Source: Octopus bimaculoides
Lineage: Eukaryota
DNA: 64,000 nucleotides
Assembly (NCBI RefSeq): GCF_001194135.2
Contig: NC_068988.1
Span: forward strand, 70,608,284-70,672,283
Direction of reading: 5' to 3'
Shown here piece after piece: positions 13,550 to 26,201 of the stretch. The notes beneath the pieces are model-generated. The model saw only the letters and a list, made by a program, of their open reading frames with translations, was not told the DNA's origin and ran no database searches. The position numbers were made by a program, and so were the translations under genes. Every line of letters begins with the position of its first letter. Position 1 is the stretch's first letter.

Positions 13550-14289
13550 GATAGAAAAATTAGAGACTGAAGAAACAACAGAAAAAACCCCCAAAAAACA
13601 ACACGCTTGACGAAATCTCGTTGCTCCTACTTTGTCGAGCGGTTACTGGGTACGTGCGTAGAAGTAATCACTTCGCTACTGTTGTTGGATTTGTGAGTCT
13701 GTCTGCTGGTTTTACACTTCTGTGTTCATTGTTGCATTCTGTGAGTTTTGTTACTGTTCATGGGTGCATTGTTAGTAATACTTTTTGCATGGCTTTTGCG
13801 TTGTTTCTCGTTAAGGAGTTAGTGTTGCTTTCATATCTTATTGTTTTATCTTTCCGATCTTTTTCAAGTTCTTTTTGTGGTTCTACTTCATCAAAAGATC
13901 TGGTTATCAGGTAGAGAGCTCCGACTCCGACGGAGGCGAGGCACATCTTCATGTGTGTGCATGTGGTGATGCGTTTTGCTACATGTGAGAGGAGACGGAG
14001 AATGACTGAATGAGAGAATGGTGAACTGGGGTATCCTCTGGGTGGTGATATTGTTTTTATTATTTCTAATATTGACAACTTACATATTGGTGTTTCTGCT
14101 GTTGCTATTGCCACAGTTGCTGGTACGATTATATCTGTTGCACCAGTCTGTTGTTGCCGCTGCTGTTTTTGTCACGTTGTTTTGTTGTTACTCCGCTCTT
14201 GGTGTTGCTATTGTTGCTGTTGTTTCTACTGCTGCTTTTGTTGATGTGGCAGCCGTGGTTTCCGAGACAATAGAACACTTCTTTCTACT

Positions 14290-14760
14290 TTCTTGGCTTA
14301 CTTTTGCGTAGACAGAAGCTTTTCAGATGGTCACTACTTCAACACAAATGGCGTCTAGGTTTTTCCGTCCACAATTACTTGCAACTTCAGCCCGTTCATC
14401 AAGGCAGATCAGGGAAATCTGAAATTCTTTAAAATCTTCAGGTTTTCTATGAAAAAGTATCTCCAATGTGGTTCCAAACCAGTTCTCCTATTTCCTTTTC
14501 ACATCCAGCAGGATGTTGCAATCCTGCAACACGCCGCAGGGAAGGAGCCTCTAGATATCCAATCCTGGTCGGACACCCGTATTATTAGCCTAATAGTCTT
14601 TGTTTTCAAATTGTGGGAACGGCGAGCACATGCTTGCATTTACCCGATCAGATCATAGATGACAAGCACCAACCTTTTTTAGCAGTTATGAGCCAAAAGT
14701 TGTGCACTACAAAAGCTTTTTTGATAGTTTCTTACAACTCAGTTTCTTCGCCATTTGTAT
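14290..14760 (-). pseudogene. Decayed L1/Tx1-type LINE RT fragment
   Basis: Minus-strand remnants KRLVLVIYDLIG.MQACA (cf. LA.RL..VI..LI...QTC), GLEPHW (cf. GFGP.F), MNGLKLQVIVDGK (cf. ...S.V.VNG); many stops and frameshifts. Confidence 0.5.
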
Positions 14761-16184
14761 TATCAGTAGACATGGACTGCTGAGTGTAAGTTAATGTTTT
14801 GTTTTTGCTGTTGTTATTGATGTTGATAGTGTTTAGCTCAATTCAGCCAAGATGGAGGAGGTATACAATCAAAGAGTTATAAGCACAAATGTCTTTCCAT
14901 TCTGTTATTTTGTGTATGAAAGACAAGACTATCAAATGCATCCTTCTTTTCAAGAGGGTCATAGTAAGAGGAACATTCCGCACACAGTGTGTCGTCAACT
15001 CAAGTATAAAGTAAGGAGAAACGTTAAGGTACTACTTCACGCTTTACTTCATCTGTCTGATATCTCTGAGCATAAATTCCTTGAAATATGTAAAGGTAAC
15101 ATCTTTGGAAGTGGTTTCTCTAACATTATGCTAAATGACAGCACAAGTACGATTAAAATTAAATGTAGACAGCTTAAAATTGTGATGGCTGTAATTATTA
15201 TTATTGTTCGTATTATTTTTATTCTTGTGTAGTCTCTTTGATCAAAAGCATTCAAGCCATAATCATTCCCTCTTTTTATTCTGCAATAATGCGTCTAAGA
15301 CTACATTTTTCAATATGTTCTTTCTTAAGAAGGTACATGCTTCTTCAACAAAATATGGCTACTTTTCCGAGATGTTAGCATTCCTATACGTAAAGGGCCC
15401 ATCTTTGGCTAGAAAATGATTGAACTGGTTATGTGGCACATAATTGGAAACGGAATCTGCAGATATGGTTGGATATTGGTTTCAAATTTTGGCACAAGGC
15501 CAGCAATTTCGAGGGAGCAAGTCAATTACCAGTACTCAATTCGTATGTATTTTATCGATCCCAAAAGATGAAAGGCAAAATGGACTCGACAAGATTTTAA
15601 TTTAACGGTTGGATAATATTGTCTGATCAAAGTAATGGAAGTTATGTTTATATTTTTTGTGTGAAATTTTAGGTATATAAATGGAAAAATACTGACAATG
15701 TGTTAGTTGTTCAATACATCTACAATTTCATAGATTGAACTGGTAAAGAACTGAAATTATTTTATATAGTTATATGTTATGCCAATTGCTGGAAAAAAAA
15801 AGGAGTTCTTTGGCTATTCATTTTCGGTATTGGCGAAGACAGCAGTGACAATAGTGTGCATATGTAACCAGTGTCAGAAGGAATTAGACATATTCGTTTT
15901 AAAACGAGTGGTAGACCGTTTTGTTACCGCTGTAGACCGACAAACTATACACACATACACACACACACACACATACATTTTTAAGTGAATTGATATTGAT
16001 ATATCTATTTATATGTGTGTCATTATATGGGTTTGTATTTATATATATGTATGTGTGTGTGTGTATGTCTGTATCTGTGTGTGTGTGTATGTGTGTATGT
16101 ATGTATAGATAAGGATATATATGACTATATATGTGCGTGTGTCTCTAACAGCTTCTATGTGTCATCTATCTGTCTACCTATGCA

Positions 16185-16216
16185 TCTCTCTCTCTCACCC
16201 TCTATCTCTCTCTCTC

Positions 16217-16287
<71 letters not shown>
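16185..16287. repeat. (CT)n microsatellite
   Basis: Directly visible. Confidence 0.98.
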
Positions 16288-16297
<10 letters not shown>

Positions 16298-17266
16298 GCA
16301 TAACACTTTGATCTTAGCCTAAATGCTGTATACGTACAGCACGAATACATACCAATAAATTCCAACAGATTTGCATTTGAACAAGACAAGAATATGCGTC
16401 TCAGGAGGAGTCCATAAAGCTTAAAATAATGTTAAGCAAGTAACACATCAGTCTGTGTGAAAAGTATATAGCGGAATAAAACACTCTAAATATGTTCACA
16501 CATGACAAAATACATATCAAAAATTATTTATATTTGTCGGAGAGTAATTGTGAAAACACCAGCAACTCAGGATTTTAGAAATAAAAGCCATATCACTGGA
16601 TTTCGTCCTGGTTATTATGAACACAAGAAATAAATGATACGCAGTCAATGGGTGGCTAACTTCCGAGAACGAATACTCTCACATGCTAAAGGTGCTGACG
16701 GACATTTCAAAATTTTAGTTTTATTGAATTAAATTCATTCATATGAGTGTCTGTATGCGTGTGTGCGTGTGTGTGTATGTGTATGTATATACATGCTTTC
16801 TAATAATTTGTGGCACTCAACGTTATTTCATTTTAACATGACTATACTGTGTATTATACTGTTTAACTTTTATATTATACTTTACACTTTATATTTTATG
16901 CGTTTGAGTTTTGGACAGCGGTATTTCATCAGACGAATTGACTTCAGCAGTTATTTTTTTAAAACTTAATATTTATTCTCTCGGTCCTTGTGCAAACCCT
17001 TAGGTTATGTAGAAGTAAACAAACACTGGTTGTCAAGCGGTTGTGAGGGACAAACACAAATACACACACAGGCACACACAGGCACACACATACACGCACA
17101 CACTTTCACACACGCACACACTCTCACACATGCACACACACGTGTGTGTGTTTGTGTCTGTATATTATGTAAGTAGATAGGGTAAAATCTCAGCTGTCTC
17201 CTTTTGAAGCTTATCTGCTTATTCCAGTACTATCTTGGATGTAATTGCTGTCGTTATATATACATA

Positions 17267-17298
<32 letters not shown>

Positions 17299-17429
17299 TA
17301 CACNNNNNNNNNNNNNNNNNNNNNNNNNNNNNNNNNNATATATATATATATATATACATATATATAGATATATATACATGCATACACACACACAAACACT
17401 CACTCACCCACACACACATACACACACAT

Positions 17430-17585
17430 ATTTTGGGCTTTTAGTTTCTGCCTGCCGAATCCACTCCCAGGACTTTGACCAGACCAAGCTATAACAGGAG
17501 ACACTTTGCCCAGCAGCTACGCAGTAAAACTTAACACGGAACTATGTGGCCCGAAAGCAAACGCTTTACAGCACAGTTCATGTGT
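17430..17585 (-). mobile_element. SINE family A 5' part, degenerate
   Basis: GTTTCTGCCTGCCGAATCCACTCCCAGGACTTTG resembles the reverse complement of 3170-3200. Confidence 0.65.
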
Positions 17586-18544
17586 TTAGAAAAGGAAACA
17601 ACAATTGCTGCCTATATGAAGAGAATGTTACACGACTCTATAGGTTGATGTTACACAAATTATTAATTATCTACTGTGATGGCGAGTCGTTCATCACGAA
17701 ACTTAGTATCTTTGATGAAACGATGTTATTTTCCTCATATCTCATTGAACAGTTTTTATCTATCTTTATGTGTGCGTCCAGTTACAACTATGCACTTGCA
17801 TTTGTTAGCATAGCTACTCTGAAATATTTCTTTAGATGAGAAAAATCTGACAGACGTGTAGCGTTTTTAAGACTGGTTATCTGAAATATAGATAAAAAGG
17901 ACGAGAACCGTCTTTAAAATTATACAAAGTTTGAGGCATGCTAAAATGCTGAAGATTCATTGTCATGATATCAGCCTAATTCTTTTTTATTGGAAATAAG
18001 TCTTTGAATTTATAGAAATTGATGAGTTTGGATGTTCTGTTTGTGAGAGAAAGGACATTGCACATCATTAATACGAATCCTTCTTTGATCATATGGATAG
18101 TTGGAAAACGATGAGAGATATTTATTGTTAATATGGGTCTTGATGATTTTGAGTTTTAGTGTACAATAGAAAGATATGATGTTCATGCCTTTAACAACTT
18201 CAGCGCCTGACATTATATCGTTATAGATAATAACTAAGAGAAACATTGTAAGGTATTGGGGAAGAAAGGAAGAAACACTGTAGAATATTACATTCATCTT
18301 TGATCTACTTGAGGTAATACATTAGCGACTCCATATCTATGAGAGATCAGAATCGTCGTCGTCATCGTCATCATCATCAGCAGCACGAGCATTTTCTCCA
18401 AGAAATAGAAAGCAAACGCACGAAATGTTCCTGATTTTACATAACTTATCAGATTTACTATATTAAACCATTCATCAGAGAAAGAAAACACGCCCATCCA
18501 TACACGCTTACATGCGTGTATATTGCATAAAGATACATATGTGA

Positions 18545-18564
18545 ATGTGTATGTATGTGTGTGT

Positions 18565-18656
<92 letters not shown>
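18545..18656. repeat. (GT)n microsatellite
   Basis: Directly visible. Confidence 0.98.
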
Positions 18657-18659
<3 letters not shown>

Positions 18660-19225
18660 AGGTAATTCTTTTTAATAAATTGACATATGATGGTATTAAA
18701 TCAATTTTCCTATATTTTGCAACACATTAATCAGAAAGTATATGACATATTACGTTATATAGAAAAATAAATTAAGTATTGTACAACGGTTTAGACATAC
18801 CATTTAAATCTCTGATTCTGATTATACATATCACTTCTGCCAATTTCTGGTAAAGAGTTAATGATTTAATTACCTTCCACTAATGCTTAATTTAGTTAAT
18901 TTAATTTAAAACAGAAATATTTAAAATATTCAGAGAGAATTTAGGAACAATATGTGAAATATTTCATGACTAGATTTAAACATCATATAACACAATGATT
19001 TCTCATATTCTGCGTTACAATTATTTCAAAGTAAGTTATGAAGTGCTATTAATCACTGGTGTATTTTCTTACTTAATGATACAAAAATAAGAGTGCGTTT
19101 GTATGCATGGAAACGTCTGTATACATTTGTAACTATTACAAAATATATAACGATAAATCAGAATGTGTATCATTCTGTGTATGTGAGCTTGTCTGTGTCT
19201 ATACGTGCATATGTACTGTATCCGT

Positions 19226-19269
<44 letters not shown>

Positions 19270-20722
19270 GCTTATATACATACATACACATATATATATA
19301 TGCATACACACACACACTCACACATACACACGCACACACACATATATATATGTATATATNNNNNNNNNNNNNNNNNNNNNNNNNNNNNNNNNNNNNNNNN
19401 NNNNNNNNNNNNNNNNNNNNNNNNNNNNNNNNNNNNNNNNNNNNNNNNNNNNNNNNNNNNNNNNNNNNNNNNNNNNNNNNNNNNNNNNNNNNNNNTATAT
19501 ATATATATATATATATATGTATAAATATATATATATGTATGTGTGTATGTATGCATGTATCTAACACTAACCATAAGGATGCACTGGGCGTCTAACTTGT
19601 TTGGAAGTAGGAGTCAAGGCCCCAATAAACTACCTGCAGCACTGAAAATATGACAGAGAACAAGCAGAAGGACGCACTGGGCTTGCTTGAAAATATTCAG
19701 ATGTGAACATTCATAAAGATATTATTGTTGATATTATCTGCGGTGAATATAAGATATTGATAACACTGGGAAACAGAGCAATTATTCTGTGCTGATGAAG
19801 ATAAATAACCCAGAAATTGCGATACACAGATATTGAGCTTAGTGGGGATGCTATTTCAGCTGAGTGGTGATGCTAAATTCCTTTGTTCGAAAATATAAGG
19901 ACACAGATCGTGTCGTATAGCCAGCTGGAGACGTTGTCTCATGGGGCTAAATTACAGCAAAATTAGTCCTAAAGCAGGACTGCCATGTTATGCGGGCAAA
20001 AAATCTTTACTACAGAGCTTTCGTTGTCTGATGTTAGAGGCATGTTTCCTACTAATTCGGGGGTGCTGATTTCAAAACTGAAATCCATTTAGCTCTGTTA
20101 CGTCAGGATTTTTCACAAATTGAGATCTCCAGTTTTCAACATTTCTGGTATTGTCACCATTTCTAAGGATAGATTTGACTTCATCAAATGCGAAACCATT
20201 TATAGAGCTTGAAATAACTTTGAAAACATAGTTTTGCAATGTCGTTTAAAGTAAATACAACTACAAAAGTGAAAACAAAAGTTATGTTTTAGGTATCCTT
20301 AGTAAATTAAAAGAATCTACCTTGAGAAACTTTTAATATATTCAACCTAATCAGTTTCACATGTTATGAGGATGACAGAAATGTCCTTCATACAATTAGA
20401 TGCTAACAAACAACATATTTTGTGGCCTTTGACAACATACGTTTCATATTTGCGGAATTCATCTGCAGATATGTCCCCGCTTTGCTTGATTTAGTGTGAC
20501 TATCAATGAAAAGTAGATGAGACATGTTTTGTTGAACATTTAACTGTCAGGTGGGAAAGCATTTTCAGACTAGTCAACAGTTAGAAGGTAAGCAAATGCA
20601 GATTTGTGATGGCAAAGTTCCATAAAAAGCATACATACCATGAAGATTTTTTTACAGCTTTTTCACCATGCTTCACGAAAAGTCACCTTGACCCATGTGA
20701 CCCCAATCAAAACATTAAGGGC

Positions 20723-20804
20723 TACTTAACCACTACACCATATGCCCAGGGGCATATGGCGTAGTGGTTAATAATAATAATAATAATAATTATAATAATA
20801 GTGT

Positions 20805-20849
<45 letters not shown>

Positions 20850-21000
20850 TCGAAAAATACCTTAGGAATGAGAACCCAGGTTCGAAATTTCCCCAAGACA
20901 TCTGAAGAAGGAGCGTATATCATCCGAAAAGTTGTGTTAACAACAAGATGCGGACAAATATCCGTCGAATGTAAGTAATGTAAATAATGTAAATAATGTG
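20723..21000 (+). mobile_element. Short Penelope-related insertion (fold-back tRNA-head start + (AAT)n + pseudo-LTR) nested in the Chapaev3 element
   Basis: GGCATATGGCGTAGTGGTTA, (AAT)n, CATCGAAAAATACC...GGTTCGAAATTTCCCCAAGACA...GTTGTGTTAACAAC...ACAAATATCCGTC; same order as 57899-58115, which follows a PLE ORF. Confidence 0.8.
20897..20938 (+). ncRNA. Degenerate minimal type I hammerhead ribozyme (family 1)
   Basis: GACAT-CTGAAGA-A-GGA..TCC-GAAA-AGTT-GTGTT: core present but stem II shortened and the stem III C changed to A, so probably inactive. Confidence 0.55.
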
Positions 21001-24000
21001 TTTAACTGTCTTTTATGAAAATTGGAATTTTGAATGTGCCCGTAATGTTTTCATTGGGGTCACATGGGTCAAGGTCACTTTTCGGGAAGCATGGTCAAAA
21101 ACCTGTAAAATGAATTTCATGGTATGTATGCTTTTTATGGAACTTTGCCATCACAAATCTGCATTTGCTTACCTTCTAACTGTTGACTAGTCTGAAAATG
21201 CTTTCCCAGCTGACAACTCGTTTGAACATGTTTTGTATTTCAGAAATATGGCCAGTTGTGAAAGAAGAGGATGTAAAAACAGTCCCGATGTCTTCTGCTT
21301 ATGTCTGGAATAGGCAGTGAAACAAAATCACAGATTTTTGAAGAAAGCTTACCTTACTTACTTTAGCATGAAACTGGGTGACTAGAAAAAGCTTGAGCGT
21401 CCCATATAGTGTGCAAAACATGTGTGGAAACATTGAGACAGTGACTGCTTCAAATAGTTAAACAGAAAGTTTCCAGCTTTGTCTTGTGAGAAAAATAAGG
21501 TTGGAGTGTTTGATGGGCCACAGATTAGGTGACTACGCAGGACGAGCTATTTTTGGAGACCAAGTCTGGCATTGAAAAAGAAGCATGGAAATATTTAGCT
21601 GCAGTTGTATATGATTTCCTGCGAAACAGGAATCCAACAAATTATGAAGATCTTGTGCAGACCCTGTTAAGCAGTTTTTGAGCACAGGGCTGCAATACGA
21701 GTGTAAAAGTGCATCTCCTGCACAGTCATCTGGACTATTTCCTTGAAAATCCTAAGGCAGTAGTGACGAGCAAAGAAAAAGATTCCACCAAGATATCGAG
21801 AACAAGGGGACTCGGTATCAACGCAGATGGAACACCAACATGGTACAGTCTACTGTTGATCACTGCAAAGAGACTGTCATGATGCAATTTATTCACATAA
21901 AGAGTAATTTCATTCCTTGAGGAGTTGAAACACCAGATTGACAGCAATATCTATTGTAAGATGTGTAATTAAACATTTTGTGTATCTGTTAAACAATAAA
22001 AAGTATTATTTAGTCTGTGTTAGTTTCTTATTTCAGTATTGCATGTAATGGTAAAATTGACAGTTTTTGAAAAAAAAAAATGAATTCCTGTTTAAAAAGA
22101 AATTTGATGTGACAGAATATTTCTGGGGGAATTTCTGAACACAACACTATCAAATTAGGTAGGACTAATTGTAAAAAGCGACACAACTAAATTTTTGTTT
22201 TTGAGATGTTCCTCAGTGTAATAACAACAGCAATAATATAGGTGGTTACAGGTATTAAATAGCATCGAATAGCCATAAAATTAAAATTAGCTCTAAGCAT
22301 AAGGACGACCTGGGCGTCTAACGTGTTTAGAAATTTCAATAAAGAGGGAATAGTAACAATAATCATGTCTTTATGAATGTTCGCATCTGAACATTAACTC
22401 CTTATTGAAATATTTGCACTGAGACAGTTCTGCTTTAGGCCCAAAACAAATCAGAACGCCGACAGAGTTCAACGTGACGTGTTTTGAACTTTTTCTTCTA
22501 GGAAAGTGTGGGGGAGTAGTTATGACATAAACTACTCCGCCACACTTTTATTTACAGTTATTTTTACTTTTTATTTACTTCCTTTATTTACATCTACCCT
22601 ATAGCGATTTCAGATTGCCCTTGGTTTTAAATTTAACTGAGCAGTTATAGAGATGGCTGGACTTTGGTCAGTCTCATTACGGACAACAGGTGGTTGGTGT
22701 TTAGAATATTTGAGTAAGTATACTATTGTAACAACTCTATGGGTGTTTTTTGGAGAAATATTAATTAGCTCTATTTACGAAATCCTAAGTATTATTCTTT
22801 TTCTAGAATTATTGGCGTATCCTGTTAAACTTAAGTACTAGTTTTATTTTCTTATTCTCTGTACACCCTGGTACCCCTAAAGAAAGATTAACCCACGAGT
22901 TATTTTTCTAGTTTATTCGCTAGTTTTTTCACCTGCTCATGGACTTCAAGTTTTTCACTGCAAAATGGTATGATTCTAATTTCTTTCCTCTTCCCTCTTC
23001 TGTTCTTTTATTTTATGTATTTGTATCCACTCTGATGAAACTCCATGCACTAAATCGGATGTGCTATAAAAATGATGAATATTATTCTCATAATTCATTT
23101 TTTTTATGGCAGCGACTGACATTGGCAGCAGAAACGGCTGTAAGCAATGTTCAAGTTGTATATTAAGAATATTTAACCGATGGTATTCAACTTGTTGATC
23201 AAAAGGTTTCTCCATTTTCTGCTCATTTTAAATTTGATTCTTCACAAACTCTTGTTTATTCTGTTATTACTTGTATATTATGTGCATAGTATGCTTGCAT
23301 AATCATGCCCAAGATTAACATAGGTAAGTTATACCGGTAATTTATAAAGGATATGCTAATCCCTTAGACGGTTATTCCAACTGCTAACTCTACTTACCTT
23401 CAAATATAAATATATAAATATATACATGTAGATACACATAGATATATAGAGAGTATATAGATAATTATGACTAAATGTATTCATGAGATAAACACATATA
23501 GTGCTATTCAGCACACTCAGTCACAATTAGTGTCAATTAAATATATATATATATATATATATATGCAGAGAGAGAAAAAAACCAAAAGTATTTTACACCA
23601 CACGGGTAGAATTATAGGAAAAATAGATGTTGAAAATGCTCTGAGAATAGTTAAAATATTTTTCTATCATTATATTTAAAGATTTAACCGGTTTCACAGT
23701 TTACACTGATTTTCAGACATCTAAAATAGAAAGACATGACTTAGGTCGCAGCAGTTTCCTTCTGACTAGTATATGAAGCTTACCCTATTGTTATAAGGGG
23801 TTCGTGGCTCAAATTAATATGTTTTCAATAGGATTTGATTAGTAAGATGATAGTCACGTTACTTGTCTTAAGTACTTGAATCCAAATACTTAAATATATG
23901 TAAGTAGATTGTCTTAACCAAATTTGCCTTCGTTTTATTTCTGTAGTTATCACCAGTGTATTTATGGCGATTTAATAACGAGTTTTGACTGTTATTTCAA

Positions 24001-24449
24001 GCAGGTAGACATACTTAGTATGCCTTTGGACTAATTTTAATCCCTCGGCTATATAAATGCTATTTTCTGGCCTGCTGTCGCCTGTAACGTTGATTCTGTT
24101 ATTACCATTCTTAAATTAGTTACATTGGATAATAATAGAATTAACGATACCTTTGTAAATTAATTATATATATNNNNNNNNNNNNNNNNNNNNNNNNNNN
24201 NNNNNNNNNNNNNNNNNNNNNNNNNNNNNNNNNNNNNNNNNNNNNNNNNNNNNNNNNNNNNNNNNNNNNNNNNNNNNNNNNNNNNNNNNNNNNNNNNNNN
24301 NNNNNNNNNNNNNNNNNNNNNNNNNNNNNNNNNNNNNNNNNNNNNNNNNNNNNNNNNNNNNNNTATATATATATATATGGTGGTGCACCAGCATGACCGC
24401 AGCCACTTGGCTGAAACACATAAATAAATAAAATATATATATATATATA

Positions 24450-24493
<44 letters not shown>

Positions 24494-24833
24494 ATAATCC
24501 TGAAACGGCACAAATTTCTATTGCAGCACTCGACGCGAGTTCGAAGCTCTTAAATTGGTGTCACAAGGGAGTTCGAAATTATGGTGTTGTAGAAAGTCCA
24601 GTTACCACAGTAGTAAATCCAATGTGTCTGTCTAGTGAAAAGTAGAATATACTTCAAACATGAAAACAAACAGAAATTTAAGCAGGTCATTAATGACCAG
24701 GTGATATTGTTTCTTACGACTGTGTTTTTAACGCCATTGCATGTTTTATGTCAAAAAGTTTCTAGTTTTAAGCATTAGAGTAGTACTTCAGCCGACTTGC
24801 ATCAAAAGAAGCAATCTAATAGCGGGTGCAATA

Positions 24834-24886
<53 letters not shown>

Positions 24887-26160
24887 GTATACATGCATCA
24901 ATACATACATACATAATGCACGCGCACACACAGAGGTAAACGCATACATTTTCTCACTGTGAATTTATTTGTCAATGGGATGCATTTTATATGTTTTACA
25001 TAAACTTAGCTTTCGCTATGTGTTAGAAAACTGGCATAAGAAATATTTTCAGTTGGAACACTGCACACTATTTCCTTTAATATATTGATTATTCTCTCCA
25101 TCATTCTTCTAAAGATTTATTGATCTGCCTGCTCTTCCAAATGAAAATTATCTAAAGCTCACTAGAAATCCCCTTAAAGTATATTCTAGCAACATATGTA
25201 TCCGTTCACATACATGAGACTAGCCATATCCAATGGAATTTGAAATCAAAAGGCAATAACCGGATCATTATAAGCTCTAATATCCTATTATATCTCACGC
25301 GTCTTCCTCTATTACTAGTTCCACAAGTTGCAATATCTCTCTCATTCTCCCTTCTCTCTTTCTCTATCACTCTCTTTCTCACTGACTCTTTCACTCAATC
25401 TATTCCTCTCCGGAGTGCATAACAATTTATCGCAGATTTATCCTTATAAGCAAAAAATTTGAATTTGTCAATTTTTGCAGACACTTCCACCACTATTCCA
25501 CAGGTAAAGAGCAGATACATTTACTTGCATAAATTATTGATTTTCTCTGCCATGAATGAGAGTCCATATTCCAAAAGCAATAATATGATCATCACCTTTG
25601 AGTTTTCCCCAACAAGAGATGCTTGTATATTGCTCACAGTATTCCTATATCACTATACTTTTAAAATATCACGTTTAGTACACGTGTAAATGATAACAGC
25701 CATTGTTTCAATACATGGTAATTAATAAATTGGAATTTATTTTGCGATTTCTGATTTTTTTCTGCAACCAAATATGTATCCGTGTGCACACACACGCACA
25801 CACATACACACACATATTATATATATANNNNNNNNNNNNNNNNNNNNNNNNNNNNNNNNNNNNNNNNNNNNNNNNNNNNNNNNNNNNNNNNNNNNNNNNN
25901 NNNNNNNNNNNNNNNNNNNNNNNNNNNNNNNNNNNNNNNNNNNNNNNNNNNNNNNNNNTATATACATATATATATTTATACGAACATACATACACGCATA
26001 AAACAGACTTAAATATACATACACAATATAAGCATATAAATAAATATACACATCCTTATACGTGTTCGTATGTATGTACGTACAATGACAAGTATATTTA
26101 TTCGTGTGCTTATACTTCAGACAGATAGGCAGGGAAACAGGTAAATAAAAATAGAGATGA

Positions 26161-26201
<41 letters not shown>

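Larger units (their letters stand above)
19764..22218 (+). mobile_element. Chapaev3-type (CMC superfamily) DNA transposon, internally deleted
   Basis: Termini CACTGGGAAACA...TGTTCCTCAGTG, flanked by TAA at 19761-19763 and 22219-22221; transposase relic from ATG 21248: MASCERRGCKNSPDVFC, KKAYLTYFSMKLGD, and C-terminal VKVHLLHSHLDYFLEN...SDEQRKRFHQDIEN. CAC..GTG ends and 3-bp TWA duplications are the established Chapaev3 hallmarks. Confidence 0.8.

Noticed and set aside
14852-15232. 126-aa ORF
   Set aside because: No recognisable domain, no supporting splice or codon pattern; compatible with chance.
19572-22395. Direct (CATAAGGA..CTGGGCGTCTAAC) and inverted (TTCAGATG.GAACATTCATAAAGA) ~35-bp matches flanking the Chapaev3 element
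   Set aside because: They lie well outside the TAA-bounded termini; most likely fragments of older repeats rather than part of the element.
23113-23139. 27-nt plus-strand AG...GTAAGC exon-like segment
   Set aside because: Isolated; splice-like signals are frequent by chance here.
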